DNA of 63,901 bases, filler included, from an uncultured Methanosarcinales archaeon (GTDB lineage: Archaea > Nanobdellota > Nanobdellia > Woesearchaeales > CAYSVS01), in the NCBI GenBank assembly GCA_964434475.1. It is 3 parts of 3 records of this genome, joined end to end, with 100 filler letters (N's around TTAATTAATTAA, not from the genome) between each part and the next. Parts side by side here need not be neighbours in the genome. Positions count along the whole stretch, not along the records: positions 1 to 24,185 come from CAYSVS010000017.1; 2 more parts are not named here. The stretch is one strand, 5' to 3'. This document shows, in pieces, positions 10,633 to 17,909 of this stretch (position 1 is the stretch's first letter; the number at the start of each line of letters is the position of its first letter). The translations under genes were made by a program, and so were the position numbers. The notes under the pieces were generated by a model. The model was not told where the DNA came from, searched no databases, and was given only the letters and a program-made list of their open reading frames with translations.

Positions 10633-10940
10633 TTAATCTTTGTTATTTTTTCTCAATAGCTTATCAAATATCTCTTTGATCACATTTATCTTTTGAGAAT
10701 GTTCCATCAGTATACTAAATGCTGCAGCCAAATAAAGTAAACCTACTGCCATAGATATTATTCCTGAAATAAAGAAAAAATCCCAAGTTATTTCAGAAAA
10801 ACCTAAAAAAGCTATGCCGAACAGGAATGTTGTAGAGGCAGTTCTTAGATCAGCACTCATCGTTCTTCATATGCAAGTTCTGTTCTGACTTCTGCCAGCT
10901 GTGTCCTTTTTTCAGCTAATACGTCTGATTTTTGTGTCAT
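10633..10940 (-). pseudogene. DUF202 (YidH-like) membrane protein, frameshifted
   Basis: MTQKSDVLAEKRTQLAEVRTELAYE, then restoring one base gives RTMSADLRTASTTFLFG (the RTxLAxERT..A..RT motif) followed by TM helices. Confidence 0.75.
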
Positions 10941-10966
10941 ATGTTAAACAAATAATTTTCAATTAT

Positions 10967-11116
10967 TTAAAGTTTTTTCTTTGATATGTCCCTGCTTAAA
11001 CCTTCAATACTATATGCAGCATCCCTATAAGCTCTTGGTTTCCATTCTATTTCTTCCAACTCATACATCAGGGCCATCTCCCTGAACATCTTTGCCAGTT
11101 TTCGGTTTGTGCTCAT
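10967..11116 (-). pseudogene. polX: N-terminal remnant of a family X DNA polymerase (8-kDa/HHH_8 domain)
   Basis: 49-codon ORF MSTNRKLAKMFREMALMYELEEIEWKPRAYRDAAYSIEGLSRDI matches the PolX N-terminus pattern (N..IA..F.E.A...E.....WK.RAYR.AA.SIE.L). Confidence 0.75.
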
Positions 11117-11207
11117 CTTATTTTGTTAAGTTTTCATGTTTTTTTTATGAAATTATCAATTTTTCTAAAACTAAACTTAAGTATTTTTTATTATTTTCAA
11201 AACATTC

Positions 11208-12638
11208 TTAGTATTTTCTGAATACCTTAAACATATGCCTAATCATCAGCATGATAGGATACATTTCTACCCTACCAAGCAGCATTCCCAGCATCAAGAC
11301 AGTCTTGCCTATCCAATGCAATGTACTTAGATTCATAGTGCTTAATCCAACAGTTCCCAATGCAGATGTCATCTGGAAAGAAGAATCTAAAAAATTGTTT
11401 CCCAATACCATCAATACTAGTGTACCAATAGTCAGCAGCATAAGCCATAATGAAAAAAATACCTGTATCGAAAGAAGCGTTTTTTCAGGGACAGGTTTTT
11501 TATCGAACTTGAAAGGTATTAAAGCATTAAGCGGACTAGCTAGTTTTTTTAGATACCAAAAAGGAATCTTCAGCACAGTATAAAACCTGAACACCTTCAT
11601 TCCTCCAGCAGTGCTTATTGTGCTTCCTCCTATAATCATCCCGAGCATAATTATAAATATAAATAATTGAGGAAGGAGTGCAATAGTTGTCAAAGAATAA
11701 CCTGTTGTAGTATAAGCAGATATTGTCTCAAAAAGCGCAATCTTGATGTCAGGAAAAGTAAAGAATGCAGCAACAACAGCCAATGAAGTAAAAAGCAGCA
11801 TAATGTTTCTTTCAGACTGCAGGATAAATTCTTTTATCTCTTTGCTGAACAGTTTTTGATGTACTATGAATGAAGTAGCGCCTGTCAGCATCATCAAAGA
11901 AAGGATGAATAGCTGAATATTATTAGTGTAAAATTGTTCACTAACAACAAAACCTCCAGTAGATATGGAAGTGAAAGACATCGCGATAGAATCATAAAAA
12001 GGCATACCTGCCAAAAATAAAAGAAGAATTCCCAATAAGGTATAGAAAAGATATATCTTTATGCCTGTTGAGATCTTTACCCCTTTTTTCAAAGCAGAAT
12101 TTATCCCGTGAGCAAGAGATAATGTAGCCCTTATCTGCCCTGATTCTTCAGCATAGCCTAAGTCTCTTGGTTTTGCTTCTTTCTTGAACAATAAAAACAA
12201 TAAGAACAACACTATTCCTAATCCTCCCATCCACTGCAGCTCTGCTCTCCATAACAACAAGCTTTTTGGAAGGTCTGCAATAGAAGAATATGCAGTAAGC
12301 CCTGTTGTCGTTATGCCTGATGTCGACTCAAAAAGAGCATCTACAAAGTTATAATTGAAAGAAGGCAGGAAAGATATTGAACCAGTCAACGCGATAAGTA
12401 TAAAAGAAAGCCCTACAAAAATAAAAGCTTGGTTAACAGAAAGAAATTCAAACTGTGTTTTGGGTGTTAGTTTTTTTTCAATACCTAAAAATATCAACCC
12501 GAGTACTATTGACAAGAATGCGCTCAGCAGAAAAGAAGAATAGGGTTCATCATATATCAATGCAGCAGTGAGAGGTATTATCCTGAAAATTGAAGATATT
12601 AGCAGTACAAATCCAAGATAACGCAGTATAATCTTCAT
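11208..12638 (-). CDS. trkH: Trk potassium uptake membrane protein
   Basis: FESTSGITTTG, QWMGGLG, STGGF, STAGGMK, SALGTVGLS pore motifs. Confidence 0.93.
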   Translation of the reverse strand: MKIILRYLGFVLLISSIFRIIPLTAALIYDEPYSSFLLSAFLSIVLGLIFLGIEKKLTPKTQFEFLSVNQAFIFVGLSFILIALTGSISFLPSFNYNFVDALFESTSGITTTGLTAYSSIADLPKSLLLWRAELQWMGGLGIVLFLLFLLFKKEAKPRDLGYAEESGQIRATLSLAHGINSALKKGVKISTGIKIYLFYTLLGILLLFLAGMPFYDSIAMSFTSISTGGFVVSEQFYTNNIQLFILSLMMLTGATSFIVHQKLFSKEIKEFILQSERNIMLLFTSLAVVAAFFTFPDIKIALFETISAYTTTGYSLTTIALLPQLFIFIIMLGMIIGGSTISTAGGMKVFRFYTVLKIPFWYLKKLASPLNALIPFKFDKKPVPEKTLLSIQVFFSLWLMLLTIGTLVLMVLGNNFLDSSFQMTSALGTVGLSTMNLSTLHWIGKTVLMLGMLLGRVEMYPIMLMIRHMFKVFRKY

Positions 12639-13360
12639 TCTCCCTTGAAATCCTCAAGAATCTTGGATACATCTTTTGTCCTAGCTGCGATTATCAACAG
12701 ATCTCCTTCTTTTATCTTTTTATCTTCAGAAGATATGATTATTTTTGAGCCATCTTTTCTGGTTATTGCAGCTACGACAGCATTTTTAATCTGCGCTTTC
12801 TTTCCTATATATCTGCTTTTTTTACCGACCTTAAGTTCTATAATTTGCGCTTCACCATTTATAAGATGTATTATCCTTTCATCAGAACGCTCATATAAAG
12901 CCTTTCGTGTTAAAGCGACAGCGCTTTGCACCTTAGAAATTATTTTAGTTATATCCAGATGAGAAAAAAGCGACTCGTTTTTAGGAGAATTTACTATTGA
13001 TATGATTTTTTTCAGTTTAGTGTTTTTGGCTATCATGCAGGCCATAAGGTTAGTCTTGTCATCTCCTGTTGTGGCTATCAATGCGTCTGCCTTATCGATA
13101 CCTGCTTCTTTTAGCACATTTGAATCTATCCCGTCTTCATTTATCACAAGAAAATTTGTCCTGTTTGCTATTTCTTCAGCAATACTCTTGTCTATTTCTA
13201 TAATGATTATCTGATTGTTTTTTTCTAAAACATTCGCTAAAGCTAAACCTGTATCTCCGCCGCCTATGATGATGATCTTTTGAGACTTGTTGCTTTTTGA
13301 CCTGGTGAATAATTTTTTCACTTTTTGGCTTATTTTCAAGGATTTTTTTCTCTTTGGCAT
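12635..13360 (-). CDS. trkA: Trk potassium uptake NAD-binding subunit (RCK_N + RCK_C)
   Basis: IIIIGGGDTG Rossmann motif, EAGIDKAD, DDKTNL; 4-nt overlap with trkH. Confidence 0.9.
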   Translation of the reverse strand: MPKRKKSLKISQKVKKLFTRSKSNKSQKIIIIGGGDTGLALANVLEKNNQIIIIEIDKSIAEEIANRTNFLVINEDGIDSNVLKEAGIDKADALIATTGDDKTNLMACMIAKNTKLKKIISIVNSPKNESLFSHLDITKIISKVQSAVALTRKALYERSDERIIHLINGEAQIIELKVGKKSRYIGKKAQIKNAVVAAITRKDGSKIIISSEDKKIKEGDLLIIAARTKDVSKILEDFKGE

Positions 13361-13460
13361 AAGTTACACCTCTTTGTACGGAATATATTAATGTAAATAT
13401 ATTAACTGTTACACTTCAACTTAATCTAGTCATAATATATAAAGCATGTGCTTTTTAAAT

Positions 13461-13778
13461 TTATTTTTTCAAATACTTGACTTCTTTAACTGTGATTGAA
13501 TCTTCAGCAATCTTCAGCAAATTTGTCTGTCCTTATCCTCTGGAACCTTGAAATTTTTAATGCCAGGATTTTGGTTTTCTTAAAGTAATCCTTGCTATAT
13601 ATTTATATTCAAACCTTGGATTTATATTGCCGAGCAAAAAATAAGGAGTATATTTAATTGAAGATTTCGGAACTTTCCTTAAATACTTCTTTAATTCTTT
13701 TCTCAGATAAATATTTGAAGATATGCTTTTTAGTTTCTTACACAGCTTTGCAAATTTGTGGAATGAATCTCTTTTCAT
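13461..13778 (-). pseudogene. ATP-dependent DNA ligase remnant (N- and C-terminal ends joined by a large internal deletion)
   Basis: N-part F.KFAKLCKKLKSISS...KELKKYLRKVP....YTPYFLLG.I.P resembles a ligase N-terminal domain. In another frame LALKISRFQRIRTDKFAED(SITVKEV) matches the ligase C-terminal LRFPRF.RIR.DK..EDA motif. A 10-bp tandem duplication (TCTTCAGCAA x2, 13501-13520) disrupts it. Confidence 0.7.
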
Positions 13779-13839
13779 GTTTATTCACCTTATTTCAAAA
13801 CACATATGACTTTTGATAATGTTTTATGAATTAAATATA

Positions 13840-14376
13840 TTAATGCACATAATTTCTTACAAGATATCCTGTTATATATGTAGCTGCTATCACGAACAAC
13901 GCAAACAAGAGATGCTCTCCGACGACCTTCCATGCTGTCTTATCTTGTTTTTTTGCCAGGAAATAACTAAAGATACATATTACAGACAAGCCGAATAAGA
14001 TACTGAACATAAGTGCGTAAAACAATTCCATAAAGATAAAAGATATCAGAAATATCAATGCAATACTAAATTTTGATAGGAATGTGTAAATCGTACTTGT
14101 CCATTCTTTCATATCTCCTTCAGCCTCTTCACTGATATGTATGCCGAAACTGTCTGACAAAGTGTCAGCAACCGCGACAGTCACTATGCCTGCTATAACA
14201 GATAATCTGTTATGCGTCGCTGTATTCAACCCGATAATCATACCAAGTATTGTAATTATTCCTGAAGTTAAGCCAAAACTGAATCCTTTTGTAATTGCTC
14301 TGTCTTTCATAACGCTTTCTTTCATTCTTTTGATATTCTTTTTCATAGTATTTACCTTTTTAATTCTTTTTTCCAA
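13840..14376 (-). CDS. VIT1/CCC1 family transporter-like membrane protein
   Basis: SFGLTSGIITILG and AVADTLSDSFGIHISEE motifs. Confidence 0.75.
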   Translation of the reverse strand: MEKRIKKVNTMKKNIKRMKESVMKDRAITKGFSFGLTSGIITILGMIIGLNTATHNRLSVIAGIVTVAVADTLSDSFGIHISEEAEGDMKEWTSTIYTFLSKFSIALIFLISFIFMELFYALMFSILFGLSVICIFSYFLAKKQDKTAWKVVGEHLLFALFVIAATYITGYLVRNYVH

Positions 14377-15037
14377 TATTAAGCAAAGATTTTATTATAG
14401 AGGCTATTGTACCTTTCTTAAATTTCCATTGTTTTGATTTTGCTGCTTTTTTTGCTGCTTTTTTCTTTTTCTTATTTTTTTTCTTATTTAAAAGTGTCTG
14501 CTTTGAACTTTTCGTCATAGGAATCATATGCTTGATGATCTGAAGAACAATAAGCAAAAAGACGAACAAGAATATCGATGCTATCAATGTATTGATGTTC
14601 AAAATAAAACTGCCTATTATAACAGATATTATGATATAAGCAAGTATATAGACTGAATCTGATGACGATATGATAAATGCTAGTTTCTTAGGCATTATAT
14701 GAAAAAAGTTAAGGTATAAAAGCAATACAACCCATAATGTCAATGCACCAACAATAATCAAGCTTTTCATCGCACCTGGCTGTGTCATCATTGCAGCAAA
14801 ATCAAATTTATCAAATAAAAAACGGAAAAGTATTGCGCATATCCATAATAAAGATATAGAATTCCCGAATGCTGAATTCCAACCTAATTCTTCTGTCCTA
14901 TGCCTTCCAAAATACAGATGGATAAGAACAAGTATCAATACCAGAGGCAGTATAATCCACAAGGTATCAAACGTAGTCCATGGTCTAATGAAAATCTTCC
15001 ATGCAAGTTTTAAGTATTCTAATATTTTGTTTATCAT
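14360..15037 (-). CDS. Hypothetical polytopic membrane protein with Lys-rich C-terminal tail
   Basis: About 5 TM segments; EELGWNSAFGN motif. Confidence 0.65.
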   Translation of the reverse strand: MINKILEYLKLAWKIFIRPWTTFDTLWIILPLVLILVLIHLYFGRHRTEELGWNSAFGNSISLLWICAILFRFLFDKFDFAAMMTQPGAMKSLIIVGALTLWVVLLLYLNFFHIMPKKLAFIISSSDSVYILAYIIISVIIGSFILNINTLIASIFLFVFLLIVLQIIKHMIPMTKSSKQTLLNKKKNKKKKKAAKKAAKSKQWKFKKGTIASIIKSLLNIGKKN

Positions 15038-15066
15038 CTTTTGTATTATAGGTCTATTTTATGCAC

Positions 15067-15411
15067 TCATATATTTTCGCATCCATTGCCGTTCCAACAT
15101 TTTCCTTCGCCGCAGTCACAACCATATGTCAACACCTGAGCACACATCATATCATCTCTCTGGCTCTCACAAGAATCTACACAAGCATTGGACATCTGTC
15201 TCCATGTTCCTCCTGCTTCAGCACATTTTTGTTCTGTTGATCCAGCACCTTCTTCTTTTTTCAGCTCGTCTTCCGAAACATTGTCTATTTCCATATCTGC
15301 GATATCTGGAGCTTCATGCTTATCTATCGACGTAACATCTTCCTTATTGACATTACAGCCTAGTACAAAAAATAAAATAAACAAAATTAAAGATATCAAA
15401 ACTTTTTTCAT
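15067..15411 (-). CDS. Small Cys-rich lipoprotein
   Basis: Lipobox VLGC; C.EAGGTW....C..SC.......CAQV.TYGCDCG..KCWNG..C. Confidence 0.7.
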   Translation of the reverse strand: MKKVLISLILFILFFVLGCNVNKEDVTSIDKHEAPDIADMEIDNVSEDELKKEEGAGSTEQKCAEAGGTWRQMSNACVDSCESQRDDMMCAQVLTYGCDCGEGKCWNGNGCENI

Positions 15412-15491
15412 GATTACACCTCTTATCCAGGATTAACATTTTACATTATAAATAATTTTCTTTTTTCCTGAATAAATCAACATCAGACAGT

Positions 15492-15575
15492 TCATACATC
15501 CAGTTCACCCCTTATCATTCTTGCATTCCTAACAGCATTCACATTATAGTCATTATTGAAATAGCAATAAAAATG
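15492..15575 (-). pseudogene. C-terminal remnant of a DUF72 (YecE) family gene
   Basis: Translates to HFYCYFNNDYNVNAVRNARMIRGELDV*, matching the DUF72 C-terminal Y.YFNND....A..NA motif; no upstream open frame. Confidence 0.6.
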
Positions 15576-15615
15576 CTAAAACACATAATAATTCATGTTT
15601 TTTGTTTTTCGGATA

Positions 15616-15885
15616 TCAATACCTTACCTCAAAATCATCAAACTCTTTTGGCTCTTCTGACCTGACATTTACATAAGTAACATCTGCAGATGAAGGACCT
15701 TGCCTGCACCATCCAATAATCTCTTCGACGTTTTTGTCATCTCCAGAAAACACGGCTTCCACCCTGCCATCTGCAAGATTTTTTATCCAGCCTTTTACAT
15801 CCAATTCATCTGCTTTATTCTTAGCATTATCCCTAAAAAACACACCCTGCACTTTTCCTTCAATAAACACGTGTTTTGTTTTCAT
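15616..15885 (-). CDS. acyP: Acylphosphatase
   Basis: GKVQGVFFR and GWIKNLADGRVEAV, C.QGP..A.V; start MKTKH at 15885. Confidence 0.93.
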   Translation of the reverse strand: MKTKHVFIEGKVQGVFFRDNAKNKADELDVKGWIKNLADGRVEAVFSGDDKNVEEIIGWCRQGPSSADVTYVNVRSEEPKEFDDFEVRY

Positions 15886-16010
15886 TTTTTTGAATGTTTT
15901 TTTGCCAAATACGCTTTGTAAGCGCACATCGCTGCAGCTTTTGTCTTATACATACATTTACCAGAGCCGATTCTCCATTTTCCGTTCGAACATTTTCTTA
16001 CAGGCATCAT
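15882..16010 (-). CDS. 42-aa basic micro-protein (missing from the ORF track)
   Basis: MMPVRKCSNGKWRIGSGKCMYKTKAAAMCAYKAYLAKKHSKK; begins right after the treT stop, and its TGA overlaps the acyP ATG (ATGA). Confidence 0.65.
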   Translation of the reverse strand: MMPVRKCSNGKWRIGSGKCMYKTKAAAMCAYKAYLAKKHSKK

Positions 16011-16011
16011 A

Positions 16012-17286
16012 TCATCCCTGCTTTTTGTCCAATAATTCTTTGTAGAGGTCAAGATGATCCTCTAACAATCTGGTCAGCAGATAATTTTTCTTGACGCTTT
16101 CTTTTGCTTTTTTACCCATCTCTTCAGCTTTTTTAGGATTATTGATAAGATACACTATCTTTTCAGCAGTCTCTTCGACAGAATCTACAAGAAAACCGTT
16201 TTCTCCGTCTTTTATCTGGACTTTTATTCCTCCTACATTACCTCCTATAACAGGCTTAGCTTTCCACATCGCTTCAGTAACAGTCAAGCCAAATCCCTCT
16301 CTTATAGATTTCTGGAGAACAACTGTAGCTCTTCTCTGGAGTGCATTGACCAAAGCTGAATCCTGTACACTCAAAATAATTATATCATCACTCTGTTCAT
16401 CAAGAAGCGAGTCATATACTTCCTGACCTTCAGGATCATCTGTCGCTATATTACCGAGAAGTACAAGCCTTGCATCAACTTTCTTCTTAGCTATCTTAAA
16501 TGCCTTTATCACACCTTCAGGATCTTTCCACTTGTCAAACCTTGATACCTGGACAACCAAAGGCTTGTCTGTCGGAATCTTATGATGTTTGAACCTATCT
16601 CTTATGTTTTTCTCACCTAAATCCCTGTTCTGGGTTGCAAAAGGATCTAATGCAGGCGGGATAAACTTTTGTTGGGTCTTTAGCTTTTTCTTATATCTCT
16701 TCAGGCTGGATACGATCAAATCATATTTTTCAATATGCGGCTTGATATACTTCCAGAATTTTTTATGCGGATCAGAAAGATCGACATGGCATCTCCATAT
16801 CCAGGGTGTTTTGTGCTCTTTCTTGCTTTTATAATGCTCTATCATGAACAAAGGCTGAGGGTCATGCACAACAACAATATCATGATCAAGATGATTCCTT
16901 AAAGAGTTTTCATAGATAACGTTTTCATATATCTTTTTTTTCATCTTTGTCAGATGTATATCTCCTCCCTGTAAAGCGTTATGCATCTTTTTGGTTATAC
17001 TAAAGAAATCAGGCGAACCCTCTATTATCCTCCAGCCTGTCTTTATGCCTAATGTATTCATCAACAATGTCAAGGAAGATAATATCTCTGCTACACCTCC
17101 ACCATAATATGTTGAATTGATATGCGCTATATGCACATCCTTCAAGGATTCTGCTTTCTTCTTTATCCTATTCAGTGCTTTTTTACCTATAAATTTTTGA
17201 TAATCATCAATCTTGATTACATCGTATTCTTTATTTTTATCTTTCTTATTATTTTTTTTGACTTTTTTGCTTTTTTTCATCTTCAA
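16012..17286 (-). CDS. treT: Trehalose synthase (GT4 glycosyltransferase)
   Basis: HINSTYYGGGVAEIL, FFSITKKMHNALQG, HDPQP, WIWRCHVD, QVSRFDKWKDP, EGFGLTVTEAMWK. Confidence 0.9.
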   Translation of the reverse strand: MKMKKSKKVKKNNKKDKNKEYDVIKIDDYQKFIGKKALNRIKKKAESLKDVHIAHINSTYYGGGVAEILSSLTLLMNTLGIKTGWRIIEGSPDFFSITKKMHNALQGGDIHLTKMKKKIYENVIYENSLRNHLDHDIVVVHDPQPLFMIEHYKSKKEHKTPWIWRCHVDLSDPHKKFWKYIKPHIEKYDLIVSSLKRYKKKLKTQQKFIPPALDPFATQNRDLGEKNIRDRFKHHKIPTDKPLVVQVSRFDKWKDPEGVIKAFKIAKKKVDARLVLLGNIATDDPEGQEVYDSLLDEQSDDIIILSVQDSALVNALQRRATVVLQKSIREGFGLTVTEAMWKAKPVIGGNVGGIKVQIKDGENGFLVDSVEETAEKIVYLINNPKKAEEMGKKAKESVKKNYLLTRLLEDHLDLYKELLDKKQG

Positions 17287-17292
17287 TTGTTT

Positions 17293-17874
17293 TTATTTTT
17301 CCTCTTTTTCGATCTGCTTAAGAGTCATGCTGCTTTTAACAGACTTTTTCTTGTTCAATATATCTACGCGCTTATCAGCCTCTTCATCTTTCTGCTTGAT
17401 AAGGAGCCATTTATCTTCTCTGAATCTATTTAATGAGAAAGCACCTTTAAGTTTTTTTCCTTTAAGCTCAAAAGACATATGACCATTTTCATAGCCTTTT
17501 TTTGCAGATATATTTTTACCGTCCTTTTCTGTCATATTTTCATAGCTTCCTTTATCCCACACCATAACAGTTCCTGCACCGTAATGCCCTTCAGGTATAA
17601 CACCTTCAAAATTGGCGTAGTCTATAGGATGATCCTCTGTCTCTATAGCTAATCTTTTATCTTCTGGATTAAGCGAAGGTCCTTTAGGCACAGCCCATGA
17701 TTTTAATACACCTTCTATCTCAAGCCTAAAGTCATAATGCAGATGAGTGGCATCATGCTTCTGAACCACGAAGATAGACTTGCTGCTTTTAGCTTTACTA
17801 TTGCCTTTTTTATTTCCTTCAGGTTCAGGTGTTTTGTTGAATTTTCTTTTTTTCTTGTACTCTTTTAACGCCAT
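17293..17874 (-). CDS. Stand-alone LigD 3'-phosphoesterase (PE) domain protein
   Basis: Y..KR.F.KTPEP, FVVQKHDATHLHYDFRLE..GVLKSWAVPKGP, RLAIETEDHP.DY..FEG.IP...YGAG.V.VWD.G. Confidence 0.93.
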   Translation of the reverse strand: MALKEYKKKRKFNKTPEPEGNKKGNSKAKSSKSIFVVQKHDATHLHYDFRLEIEGVLKSWAVPKGPSLNPEDKRLAIETEDHPIDYANFEGVIPEGHYGAGTVMVWDKGSYENMTEKDGKNISAKKGYENGHMSFELKGKKLKGAFSLNRFREDKWLLIKQKDEEADKRVDILNKKKSVKSSMTLKQIEKEEK

Positions 17875-17909
17875 TTTCTAACCGTTTACACTTATGATCT
17901 CAATTTTCT

